A DNA stretch of 63,744 nt, counting the filler, from Reclinomonas americana ATCC 50394 (taxonomy: Eukaryota): assembly GCA_048213135.1 (NCBI GenBank). It is 20 parts of 20 records of this genome, joined end to end, with 100 filler letters (N's around TTAATTAATTAA, not from the genome) between each part and the next. Parts side by side here need not be neighbours in the genome. Positions count along the whole stretch, not along the records: positions 11,396 to 13,579 come from AFZH01024427.1; positions 13,680 to 15,157 come from AFZH01024429.1; positions 15,258 to 17,953 come from AFZH01024430.1; positions 18,054 to 21,000 come from AFZH01024431.1; positions 21,101 to 28,227 come from AFZH01024432.1; 15 more parts are not named here. One strand, written 5' to 3'. The notes beneath the pieces are model-generated. The model was not told the DNA's origin and ran no database searches. It saw only the letters and a program-made list of their open reading frames with translations. Positions 12,240 to 24,100 of the stretch are shown piece by piece. Numbering within the stretch: position 1 is the first letter of the stretch; each line of letters begins with the position of its first letter. Both the position numbers and the translations under genes were made by a program.

Positions 12240-13364
12240 GTGGGTGACGATGAAACCAAGTGGTATGACCGAGCGCTGGCGTCTAGCGTGGTGGGCGGCC
12301 TCACAGTAGCGGCCTTGGTATGGCTCGTGCCTTTGGTGATCTCTGAAGCTACCAAGGCGAAGGTCCCGATCTTCGTGTACCTCGTCGTCGCGGGCGGCGC
12401 CTTAGTGATCGGCTCGCTGGCGATACCTGTATGGCGACGCACCACATGGGGGAACCTCTGGAGAATACTCAAGTGGCTCACCGCGATCCGGCCCGTCACT
12501 ACAGCAGGGCGGGATGCACTCAGAGATGCAGGCTACGCAAGACATGAGAAAGAGGTTGCCGATGCTCGGAAGCGAGCCAAGCAGCCCCGCTGGAGCGTCA
12601 GCGCCAAGGACCGCATCTTCGGCGACATGGCTCTCCATTGGCTGACGAATCACGGCTACGCCGCTTTCGACGTGCGGCTGACAGCGCACCCTAACGAATT
12701 TGCCTGTGATGGAGAGGTCTTCTTTCGCGGTTCGTTTGGAAGCGCCACGGTCGGCGCTTCCGTCGGCAAACTCTTCCGCGGCGCGCCAACGGAGAAGGGC
12801 GCCCTCGACGGAGTCACCTTCGTGGTCAGCTGGTTCGACGAGGATGGCAACTCGTACGAGACCACCGTCTTTATGCCCCCGGAGGAGATCCGAAGCGGTC
12901 GCGACAGCGCCAGCGAGGAGGCACGCAGCGAAGGATGGAAGGAGGGATACGCTCAAGCCAAAGAGCACTATGAACGGGCTATTGAAGAAGAGGCGAAGAG
13001 CAACCTTCCCAAGCTTGTCCCCCCGGCTCCGAGGTGGCATCTCGAGGAAACGGGCGGGGTCGTCGTGCTCGATGGTGGTCCGATCGAACTCACGCTGACG
13101 AATGCAATTCCTGAGAGCATCGCGCTCGGCGTGCGCATCGATGGTGTCAACAACGTTCGAGTAACCGACGCGGGCTACTGGAGCGATCTGTCCGGCAAGG
13201 TGTCAGTCACGTTCGCAGCTGAACTCAGTCGGGACGGGGTTTACGAGGGATCTATGCTGCGGCTGTCCTACACCGACTATTCCGGCGAGGAGCGGTACAT
13301 GTCCTTGTATCTCGAAGCGTTCGATACCTACGACGGCGCATCGAGTCCTGAGGTCTCCTTATAG
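12240..13364 (+). CDS. Hypothetical 2-TM membrane protein with two repeated beta-rich domains
   Basis: Probable leaderless GTG at 12240 just after TATCCT. Two N-terminal hydrophobic helices, then an internal repeat PRW...LTN...A..VR...G...S[WY].D..G. Confidence 0.7.
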   Translation: MGDDETKWYDRALASSVVGGLTVAALVWLVPLVISEATKAKVPIFVYLVVAGGALVIGSLAIPVWRRTTWGNLWRILKWLTAIRPVTTAGRDALRDAGYARHEKEVADARKRAKQPRWSVSAKDRIFGDMALHWLTNHGYAAFDVRLTAHPNEFACDGEVFFRGSFGSATVGASVGKLFRGAPTEKGALDGVTFVVSWFDEDGNSYETTVFMPPEEIRSGRDSASEEARSEGWKEGYAQAKEHYERAIEEEAKSNLPKLVPPAPRWHLEETGGVVVLDGGPIELTLTNAIPESIALGVRIDGVNNVRVTDAGYWSDLSGKVSVTFAAELSRDGVYEGSMLRLSYTDYSGEERYMSLYLEAFDTYDGASSPEVSL

Positions 13365-13579
13365 GCCGCGCGTCGGACGCTCGTCGAGTACCACCGCCTG
13401 CCCTTGGGTGAGGCGATGCCGGCCGAATTGAGGTCGTCTGCGATCGCCTGAAGCGTTAGACCTCTGGCCCGCATGGCAGCGATCTGGTCAGCGACTTCGG
13501 CAGGGACGGCGCTTTGCGGACCGGGAACGGCGCCGCGCTCACGCTTGGCGACGGCAAGAGCGGCTTGGGTACGTTCGCC
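13328..13579 (-). CDS. Serine recombinase/resolvase, C-terminal part (5' truncated)
   Basis: Hand translation: GERTQAALAVAKRERG...MRARGLTLQAIADDLNSAGIASPKGRRWYSTSVRR, ending in TAG at 13328-13330. Not in the ORF track. Confidence 0.85.
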   Translation of the reverse strand, partial: GERTQAALAVAKRERGAVPGPQSAVPAEVADQIAAMRARGLTLQAIADDLNSAGIASPKGRRWYSTSVRRAAYKETSGLDAPS

Positions 13580-14154
13580 NNNNNNNNNNNNNNNNNNNNN
13601 NNNNNNNNNNNNNNNNNNNNNNNTTAATTAATTAANNNNNNNNNNNNNNNNNNNNNNNNNNNNNNNNNNNNNNNNNNNNTCACCTTGCAACTGTCTGCTT
13701 GTGCCGCCACACAAGTAGGCAGTCGGAGGTCGGAGTGCGCTGTAACAAGCGCACGTTGCGTTGTTCGCGGTAGCGTGTAAGTCTGGTGGTGAAGAGCGTG
13801 CGGCCCACCGGCTTCGGGCGGACGTTGTCGCCGACTTAACGCAACACCGACCCCACTGTGCTCGGGTACCTCGTACTGCCACCACAGTCGAGGGAACCTG
13901 TGCACGGCGCGGGGCAATGTCGAGATCGACCGAGGCTGCAGCACTTTCATGGCGGTGGAGTCTGCAGCTCTCGACTTGCGCCTTTCAGTGAGACATCCGG
14001 CAAAGCACTCGTATTGTGTAGCCGGTTTCGCGGATCCGGAGTTTTCCTCTTTATCTCATCGTCATCTGTCTCCTGCCCGCGGGCACAACACGAGTGTAAA
14101 CCCTTTCTTATGGACGAAGGACGAGCAAATGATTGATTGCTGACGTGACCCAGC

Positions 14155-15257
14155 ATGTCCGAGTCTGCTGTCTTCAACTGTGCAGTGTGTAACCGCCGCA
14201 CCATTGTACTCCGCGGCGGGCTGTCACTTGCGAACGCCCGGGCCATCGGTGTCGATGCGGATGCCGCAGGGCACTGGGTGAAAGCAACCATCATTGAATT
14301 GGCATTGATGGACGACATTGCTCCCGCTGAAGACGCGACTGTACATCATGTGAGGGACTTTCGGGCAGCGGTGTTATACCAACAACAGTTCCGCGACGCA
14401 GCGAGCCGCAACGCAGAGTCGCGCGTTGTCTGGTGTTCGCACTGCTACAACACCTTCATGTCGAAAGTCGACTCGATACGCGAGTGCTCCGCTGGCAACT
14501 GCTCAGTGCTTGTGGCCCCTGCGACAGCTCCGCCCACCCGCCCCCGAGAGTCGTCGAACGGAAAGAGTCGCAGGAGACAGATTGCTGCAGATCGCGGTCG
14601 ACCTTGCGAGCATGACGACGACCGCTGTTTCCGTGCGTTATTGTGTGCGTGCCCCGTCAAATTTAAAGTTGTTGATGTACTCATCGCTCCTTGCTATGAT
14701 GCAGAGACTAATGCGCACACTGCGACGAATGACGCTGGTCGCCTTCTCGTATTCTGCTCCAAGCAGTGTCTGGACTATCACAATCGTCCTCAGCCACCAC
14801 CGCCTCCAGCCCATCCGGCCATTCCAGCAGAGCGGTCGACGACAGCCTTTCGCGCTTCGTTTGCCAAGAAGTTCTCGCCGGAACAAATTCGCCGATTCGT
14901 GCAAACAGCCGGGAACGCGTGTGCTGAGTTCTCGAAGAGTTGTGATCGTGAGATCGTCCGGCTCTCTGACAGTTGCGCTCCAAGACACTATTTGTCCAGA
15001 CGACGCGCGCGCGCGTCTCACACTTGTGTTGTCGATGCAGATCAGAAACCTGGAGACGAGGAAAGGATTGAGTGTCTTCAGGAGATGCTCAAAGCCAGCA
15101 ACGTGCGTTGGCGCGCGGCGTAAACGCATATTGTGTCGTCCGTCTCTCTCTCTCTCTNNNNNNNNNNNNNNNNNNNNNNNNNNNNNNNNNNNNNNNNNNN
15201 NTTAATTAATTAANNNNNNNNNNNNNNNNNNNNNNNNNNNNNNNNNNNNNNNNNNNN

Positions 15258-15289
<32 letters not shown>

Positions 15290-17796
15290 CTCTCACTCAC
15301 TCTCGCTCTCTCACTCTCTCGCTCCCTTGCTCTCGGTCGCGCTCGCTCTCCACCTTCTGCAGCTGTCGACCTTGACTCTGCCGGCCCCACGCTCACCGCA
15401 GCTTATGCGTACCGGGCCGCGTGCAGGTCACACGTGCTCAATTGTACGAAGCTTTTGGATCTCCGGAGCCCAAGCGCGGTCGGAAACGATTATCGATACA
15501 TGATCGTGGCCACCGTATGGTGCAAGCGGCATTGGACCCCGCTGCAGCTGCTGCGGAAGCCGACGCGCGCGCGTCGGACATCGGCGCAATGGCTGTAGTT
15601 CAGCTGTTCCGCGCGGAAGAACGAGAACGGAAACAGAAGGAACGCGCGCTGACCAGCAACCACCGCCTCAAGACCGAGATGCGGCAACTCAAGCGCGACG
15701 CCAATCTCGTCGTCAGGGAGTACAATGCGGTGATAGACGCTGTGCGCAAGAGCGATTACAGGGTCCTCAATGCGCACCAGCTCGCTTTAACTCCTTCAGA
15801 AGGTGAGCGACGACACCACTGTTTTCTTGATCGCCGTGCACCTCACAGTGTTTTGTGTTGTCCATGTTCTTCTTGCTCAGGCGCATTCTTCAAGTGCCAC
15901 ATGGGGCTCAGCGACGCGAAATACAGCAACTTCAGGGGTACGAAACTCGTCGGCGGGCCGTTCCCACCACTCAATCTTATCAAGACGCATGAGAAGGCGA
16001 CAATTGCGAAGATCGGAAGGATAGTGGATGCGACGCTTCCCATTCACCGCTACCAGGTGAAGGGAGAAAGTAGGACGGTCACAGTCGGACATATCCGGCT
16101 CGCGTACCTGCACAGTGGCGGTGTTGCGCCTCCTGTCGGTGGCGATGCTGCAGAGCAAGCGCCCGCTGGGGTGAACGCCGGAGCGGAGTTGCGCAGGTGT
16201 TCGTGGAATCGTTTGTGCGTGTGTTTGTTGCTGACTGCTTGAGTGTGATGATCGCTGCGGTTGTGTGTGATGTAGCCGTGGCGCAGCAGGTGGCAAGTCT
16301 GTTGTTTTCGGGAAGCACCATGTCACCGTCGGCGTGAAAGCTCCGTCACAGAAAGAGCTTCAGGTTCGCGCTGTAGCGGACGTGGAGACTCGATTTTCGC
16401 CGCAGAGAAGCCTGATTCTCCCACTGTGGAGAGTGGAGAACTTTAAACCCCACGTGTCGAACTGTTTAATTCTCCGTGTGACGTCAGATGCCGCTGTGAT
16501 TGCACCGTTGAAGACCAGCGCGATGGCCGGTGAACACGCCATGGACGGCATTTTGCGGATGATGGGTGTGACTTGCCTGGGCGCAGTGACGTACACGCAA
16601 GGAACGGTACACAGTCCATTCCATCTCCCTCTTCTGGCTGTCTATCTGATGAAAGGGGAGTTGTTTGAGTACATTCACGCTGTGAACGGCGTCCTTCCGT
16701 GGCGACTGTGGTTGCAGACATGGCAGAACTCTTGGCTCCGAGCACCGGAGTTCATCAGAAATCTGTACTCTCGTAGTGTGCGTCTGTTTGTGAACGGCGA
16801 CTTGAAGCAACTGATGGCGATGCTGGGAAAGCGACACTGTGTATTCTGCCCGTACTGCCTTGCCCTCCACGTTTTGCGCTTCACGGACCGATCCGGTGGT
16901 GTTGCATTTCACTTCTTCAACCACTTTCGTCGACATCAGTTTGACATACGTGAGGCATTTCGGAGGCCGCATGTGTATCTTGCAGCAGAGTGCTTCGACT
17001 TTGAGCTCGATCTGACGGAGGGTGCTGGTGACCATGTGCTGAAGGAGAAAGACGGTGAACTGGACGAACATTTTCTGAAGTGGGCTGCGTCTTTGCGGGG
17101 TCAACCAGTTGCAGTGACTGCGGGGCGCAACTCGCGTCTTAAAAACGCACAGGAGGCGCTCTATGACGTGAGCCACCCTGCCACTCCAGCCACGACCTTC
17201 TGGTCTTCTTTACGGACCCCCGTCGCCCTCTGTCATGACGATGCGCGTCAGGCTTTCAGTGATGCTAAACTCGAGCTGCACCACTTTGTTCCGGACGTCC
17301 TTCATCTCGATTTGCGAGTGGCGGAGCACGTGCTGGCGGAGGCCGCCAAGCTGTGCGCTGCTCGTCTAGATCTGTTCCGGTCGGAAGAGGCCACCACGCG
17401 GGGAGGTGGACGGGATGCAGTTTGCAAGTACGTCGACTACTTGAACGAGAGATTTCACAATCTGTGTGGAATGCGCCAGTTGGAGTTGCGCGCGACGCCT
17501 TGTGATTGCATGTAGTGTAAGCGCGCTGATGTGTGCTCACTCCCAATTGTTGCGTGAACAGATTTGAGGTCACTGCACCTGCATCAACTGCCGCATCGTC
17601 GTATTCTCGTTGTCCGATCACGGAGGTGAATTTCAGCTCGCTTGCAAGTCACGCACTGCCCAATATGTTGCACAGCAGCAAAGAAGCGGAATTGAAGGTT
17701 CGTCGACTGAAAGATATATCTGCGCTGATAGTGCTAGCCGTGGTAGTTGAGTACACACCTGCTCGGAATACTGGCGCAGAATCGGCCCTGGCCGGG

Positions 17797-17853
<57 letters not shown>

Positions 17854-18089
17854 TACGTACGACGACGACGTGTAGTGTACGTACCGTACGACGTCCGTCC
17901 GTCGGTACCGTACGACGACGACGACCGTACGTTACGAACGACCGACGACGCGANNNNNNNNNNNNNNNNNNNNNNNNNNNNNNNNNNNNNNNNNNNNTTA
18001 ATTAATTAANNNNNNNNNNNNNNNNNNNNNNNNNNNNNNNNNNNNNNNNNNNNACGGACGACGGACGTACGTACGTAGACGACGTAGAC

Positions 18090-18135
<46 letters not shown>

Positions 18136-19583
18136 CTGAGACAGGCGATATTTGTGTTGGTTCGCACACTTTGCTCGCGCATTCTCCTCATAAGCGTGCT
18201 GTGGTGCGCAGACGTTTCTCGAGACAGCTTTTAGTCTCGTGCCAAGCGTGCATACTCTATGCGACGTGACGCTCCGAGGCATCAAATTGATGCGCTCCCT
18301 CCAGGAAACAGCTCGCCACCGTGTTCATGAGCCGTGGACGGAGGATTCGCGACAGGAGGAGCTGGGCATGCTGGACGAGTTTATCAGGCTGCGGGAGACC
18401 TTCTACGAAATCGTCTTTAATGGCGACGTTGAGGATGTGAGGCCAGTCGAATGGATCACAGCAAGCGTTCATATCTTGTGCGTAGCAAGCGAGGATTATC
18501 GCACTTGTTCTCTGTAACCGTGTATTGTGCACTCATATTGTCTCCCCGTGTGCCACATGGCGCACCGCGGCCGCGTGCACTGGTGGTGCAGTTGGGACCA
18601 CTTGCCTCAATTCGCAGTTGATGTGGAGCACGCATTCGCCGTGATCAACTGCGCCCAGTACGGCATCGAAGCGCGGCTGCAGTACTTGCGCCCAGTCGTC
18701 AAACGCGCCCCACATCAAGCTCTCTCCAAGCCGCTGGAGAAAGATTCGGAGGTAGTGCAAGCTGTTTTACATCGGCTCCAAGACGAGCGGTATCGCACGC
18801 TCCACCCATTGTTCTTTCGTGCCTGGCACGGTATGGCAACTGCATCGCAGTGGATTGTCTGCAGCGCTGCTATTGCTGACCTTCTGCGCGTGCAACCGCA
18901 TTCGTGAATTCAGCGGAGGACCGCAAGGTGGTGCTGCGAAGCGTGAAGAGTGGCATGAAGCTGCCAGTCCGCGAACGATCAGTGGGGCTTGCTGCCGGGT
19001 ATCCAGATTCGCAGGCACTGGCAGTCCACGAGCACGATGGCGAACTGCCAGACGGAATGGAAGACCCGGATGGCAATCGCATGATTCTGCCGGTGTTGGA
19101 GAATGCAGTCGTCGCTGACTTTGCTCTTGGTGATGAAGCCGGTGCCGGCGAGGCTGCAGCTGGCAAGAAGCGTGGTGAGAGGACACACTTGCGTGTAATT
19201 GCGCGTGGTTGCTGTCAACTCATTCACGCTTCCTCCTTGCCGTAGGCGGGTTCTCCAATAGTGCGGCGTATTACGTGCTGACCAGTCAGACAATCGCAGC
19301 AAGTAGCGACAGACCGATGAGAGTCGATCGGTATGTCAAGCGCGAAGAGACTATGGCCAGGAACAGGCAGCTGCAGCGCGAAGCAAACCAGGCGGGAGCG
19401 CAGCAACTCGTACTCGCGATCTCTGAACAGGAAGAGGACATCGCAGAAATGGATCTGCTTCAAGAGATGGCGGACGATGCTGATGCGCTCGACGGCGAGG
19501 AATACGGGGAGGGACAGGAGGAAGAGGAAGAAGAGGGAGAGGATGAGGGAGAGGGAGAGGGGAGCATGGCAGTCGATGATTGA
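14155..19583 (+). CDS. RAG1/Transib-like DDE transposase, about 1330 codons, 10 predicted exons spanning three contigs
   Basis: Exons 14155-14947, 15041-15102, 15427-15802, 15881-16196, 16276-17478, 17562-17697, 18212-18477, 18592-18830, 18914-19174, 19246-19583. All introns are GT-AG with consistent phases; total 3990 nt. Motifs: LTPSEGAFFKCHMGLSDAKY..PFPPLNLIK, RVTSD, VNGDLK, FCPYC, PDVLHLDL, ITASVHIFWDHLP, QYGIEARLQYLR. Confidence 0.8.
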
Positions 19584-19643
19584 AGTTTGAATTTCTGCAT
19601 TGATTTCTTGCTTTCGAAAGCAGTACACTACGCCAACGCTGTT

Positions 19644-20667
19644 TCAGTGGTAACGACCGTCGAAATCGCTGAACATTCCCTGGCGCAGCTGGAACTTCGC
19701 AGTGAAGCTGCGCATTCGCGGGTTGTAGATGAACTCAATGTCTTCGTCGAGGTTGATGGCAGCGAACGCGCAGCCGACCAGTCGGCCGTATGCGAACCAC
19801 TTGTCGCCGAAGATGCGCGCAAGAGCAGGGCTAAGGGGGCTAAAGCACGCACACAGGCCACCAACGCCCTCGGTCCACTGGTCGAGGGGAAGCAGCGCAG
19901 CAAACAGGGAGTTCACGGCGCCACGGCTAGTCAACTTGATGGTGACAAATGCAGACTTCGGAGCATACCGCTGGCCAAGACAGCGACGCAAGCACATGAG
20001 GAAGCGCTTGCGAAGCTGGTTCGCCATGTCTGTGGCGTCTGCCCGGTGGAGGCTCTGTGCACACACGAGGCATAGGTTAATTGTGAGGTCACTACCGGTG
20101 TAATCTTCGTGCGTGCGTTCGTCGAGCGCACCAACTCGCGCTCCAGGGCCGCATTCCGCGCCTTTAAAGCCTCCAGCGCTGCTTGCGACGCAGCGTAGCC
20201 AGTGGCTATGTTCGCAAGAACGTGGGAGAGTGACGAGACACATTGGCCGTTGGCGACGCTCGGCTGCGCCGCTGCACTTGCTGAAGAGGCAGACGCATGG
20301 GAAGGACCGCGCTCCGCTGCAGGCCCGTTGGGTTGCTGAGGAGCGCTAGTCACGGCGGCGCCGACGCCAGGAACAGCAGGCTGTGAGAGTGGAGTGATTA
20401 TCATCTAAAATGCACTGGGGTGCATTTGCACACATGCACGATTAATCATCTCACACACACCTTGGCCGCGGCGGTGGGCGCGACGGGAGTAGCTGCTGCT
20501 TTCTGTGACTTCACAGTCGCGGCAGGAGCGCGGCGCGGCGCAGCAGCCGCGGCAACAGCTCGCTTCTTGGCGCGCTCACTGCGACGAGCCGCGAAGAGAC
20601 GCGCACGCGCAGCTTCCCGCGCGGCGTTGGCTCTCAGGGCACTGGCACGCTTAGAGGTGAGGATCAT
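19644..20667 (-). CDS. Unknown protein of about 300 aa (basic Ala/Arg N-terminus, coiled coil, globular C-terminus), convergent with the transposase
   Basis: Predicted exons 20667-20461, 20404-20096 and 20054-19644 (GT-AG, phase 0). Its stop lies 60 nt from the transposase stop. Confidence 0.6.
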
Positions 20668-20850
20668 TGTGCTCTCGGAGAAGTGGGGACGCGAGTGGAT
20701 GAGCGGAAGAGTCCGTTGTCTGTCAGTGCTCAGTCGGCCGCATTGAAAAAATTGGAGGACAGACTCTTTTAACTGTCGGCGGTCGGCTGAATTCGACGAC
20801 AAAGCGTTGTTAAGGGGGGGCACGCAGTCAGAACAAGGCTCGCCAGAGGC

Positions 20851-20930
20851 CACGGTACCCCAAGCAAATAATGAGAAAGAGTGCAGTACCCCACGAGGAT
20901 GAAATTTCGGTTCAACGCGCGCACAGAGTG
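20851..20930 (-). mobile_element. Candidate right terminus of the RAG1/Transib-like element
   Basis: Read inward it begins CACTCTG (heptamer-like), then CGAAATTTCA and two TGGGGTAC repeats, and it abuts microsatellite DNA. No matching left TIR or TSD was found. Confidence 0.25.
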
Positions 20931-20943
20931 AGAGACCGAGAGG

Positions 20944-21000
<57 letters not shown>

Positions 21001-21100
21001 NNNNNNNNNNNNNNNNNNNNNNNNNNNNNNNNNNNNNNNNNNNNTTAATTAATTAANNNNNNNNNNNNNNNNNNNNNNNNNNNNNNNNNNNNNNNNNNNN

Positions 21101-24100
21101 CCCACAATCGTGTACGAGAACGTCTGCGCCGAGTTGCCGTCTGTGGTGGACAGAGTACCCACCACGACATCGGCAGTGGTCGGCGGCGTGTACGTCGTCG
21201 CCGACAGTGCAATATCCGACGGAGGGACGTTGGCTGTGGATCATTCGCAACGCTTCATAAGTCGCCAAACGCAACAACAACTCAATCAAAACTCTCTCGG
21301 TCGTACCTTCGTCAATGATAAGCGTCTTGTCAAAGAACAGCGACCCACTGCCGTTGTCTGTCGATCGCACAATGACCACAAGTCCGCTGCCCGTCTGTCC
21401 AGCCGCGGTGATGCGCAGCTGGTCGCCAGAGATGTTGAACAAGGCCGCATTCGTCCCGCCCACAATCGAGTACGTGTAAGTCTGGCACGAGTTCGCATCC
21501 GTTGTCGATAGCACACCAACAACCATATTTGCGGTGGCCGGCAACGCGTACTGTGTTGCCGACAACGTGATATCCGTGGGCGTGACATTGGCTGCCAGGA
21601 TAGTCGATGAGTGACCAGGCACATGCACAACACAGATCTACAGCACACACCTTCGTTGATCGTGAATATCTTGTCGAAGAACAGCGATCCACTGCCGTTG
21701 TCAGTTGATCGCACAATCACCACCAAGCCAGTTCCATTCTGACCGGCTGTCGTGATGCGCAGCTGCGTGCCAGAGATGTTGAACAGCGCCGCATTCGCTC
21801 CGCCCACAATCGTGTACGTGAATGTTTGACACGAATTGGCGTCTACCGTTGATAGATCTCCCACAACAAGGTTGGCTGCCGTCGGCGGCAAGTACGTCAC
21901 AGCCGAGAGCACAATATCAATTGGTGCAATGTTGACTGGTCAATATTGAAGAACGTAGCAGTGAGTGAAGAAAGCGAGAACAACGAGATCCATGACGTCC
22001 CAGACCTTCGTTGATCGTGAATGTCTTCTCGAAGTACAGTGATCCACTGCCACTGTCCGTCGATCGCACAATCACCACCAAGCCAGTTCCATTCTGGCCG
22101 GCCGTCGTGATGCGCAGCTGCGTGCCAGAGATGTTGAACAGCGCCGCATCGGCACCACCCACAATCGTGTACGTGTACGTCTGAGCCGAGTTGGCATCGG
22201 TTGTCGTCAGACTGCCAATCACGAGATTAGCAGTGGTTGGCGGCGTGTACGTCGTCGCCGACAGTGCAATGTCCGTCGGTGCGACATTCACTAAACAAAA
22301 GAAAACGGGCGAATGAGAAGACACATCTGAGAATGCGCTGCTCTAAGAAAGTACGAACCTTCGTTGACGGTGAATGTTTTGTCAAAGAACAGAGGTGATG
22401 CACCATTGTCTGTCGATCGCACAATCACCACCAAGCCAGTTCCATTCTGTCCGGCCGTGGTGATGCGCAGCTGTGTGCCAGAGATGTTGAACATGGCCGC
22501 ATTGGCTCCGCCCACAATCGTGTACGTGTACGTCTGAGCCGAGTTGGCATCGGTTGTCGTCAGACTGCCAATCACGAGATTGGCAGTGGTTGGCGGCGTG
22601 TACGTCGTCGCCGACAGAGCAATGTCAGTCGGTGCAACATTCACTGATCGATGGAAGAAAGCAAAGGAGTGAGAACATCAGGTGGTATGGAGAACTTGCC
22701 ATATAGGAGGACAGACAAACCTTCGTTGATTGTAAATGTCTTGTCGAAGAACAGTGGCGATGCACTGTTGTCAGTCGATCGCACAATTACCACCAAGCCA
22801 GTTCCATTCTGCCCGGCCGTGGTGATGCGCAGCTGTGTGCCAGAGATGTTGAACATGGTCGCATTGGCTCCGCCCACAATTGTGTACGTGTACGTCTGAG
22901 CCGAGTTGGCATCGGTTGTCGACAAAGCGCCGACCACGACATTGGCGGTGGTCGGTGGTGTGTATGTCGTTGCTGACAGCGCAATATCCGTCGGTGCAAC
23001 ATTCACTGATCGATGGAAGAAGGCAAATGAGTGAGAACATCAGGTGTAATGAAGAACTCGCCATCTGGGAGCACACAGACAGACCCTCGTTGATTGTGAA
23101 TGTCTTGTCGAAGAACAGCGATCCACTGCCACTGTCAGTCGATCGCACAGTCACAGCCAAGCCAGTTCCATTTTGTCCGGCCGTCGTGATGCGCAGCTGA
23201 GCGCCCGAGATGTTGAACATGGCCGCGTTCGCGCCGCCCACAATCGTGTACGTGAATGTCTGAGCCGAGTTGGCATCGGTGGTGGACAGAGCGCCGACCA
23301 CGACATTGGCGGTGGTCGGTGGTGTGTATGTCGTCGCCGACAGTGCAATGTCCGTCGGGGGAACGTTGGCTACAAATGTACGACAAACGATGAGGCCTCT
23401 TTGAACGGTGTGACAACTCGTGAGACTACCATGACCGTACCTTCATCAATGACAAGCGTCTTGTCAAAGAACAGCGACCCGCTGCCACTGTCGGTGGTGC
23501 GCACAATAACCACAAGTCCATTGCCTGTCTGTCCGGCCGCAGTAATGCGCAGCTGGTCGCCCGATATGTTGAACACGGCAGCGTTCGCCCCGCCCACAAT
23601 CGTGTACGTGTACGTCTGGCACGAGTTGGCATCGGTTGTCGAGAGCAATCCGACGACAAAGTTGGCCGTTGACGGTGGTGCATACGTAATCGATGTCAGC
23701 GCAATGTCCGTCGGCGCCACATTCACTGCACGATGAATGCGATTAATTAAGAACGGTAGGTACAGTGGTAATCAAGAAACCGGCAACGGACCCTCATTGA
23801 TCGTGAATGTTTTGTCGAAGAATAGCGACCCACTGCCGCTGTCTGTCGATCGTACAGTCACCACCAAGCCGGTTCCATTCTGCCCAGCTGTCGTGATGCG
23901 CAGCTGAGCGCCAGAGATGTTGAACATGGCCGCATTCGCCCCTCCCACAATCGTGTACGTGAACGACTGCGCCGAGTTGGCATCGGTTGTCGACAGGTTA
24001 CCAATCACGAGGTTGGCGGTGGTCGGTGGCGTGTACGTCGTCGCTGACAGTGCGATGTCCGTCGGTGCGACATTGACTGGACAGAAGGAAACGAGTGAAT

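Noticed and set aside
7360..13679. Bacteria-to-eukaryote horizontal transfer of whole segments
   Set aside because: Every bacterial/eukaryotic junction is an artificial spacer, and the bacterial genes have RBSs and no introns.
19644..20667. RAG2 homolog
   Set aside because: No kelch repeats or PHD finger are recognisable; only its position resembles RAG2.
23743..23750. TTAATTAA resembling the spacer
   Set aside because: It has no flanking Ns and lies within a normal intron of the repeat array.
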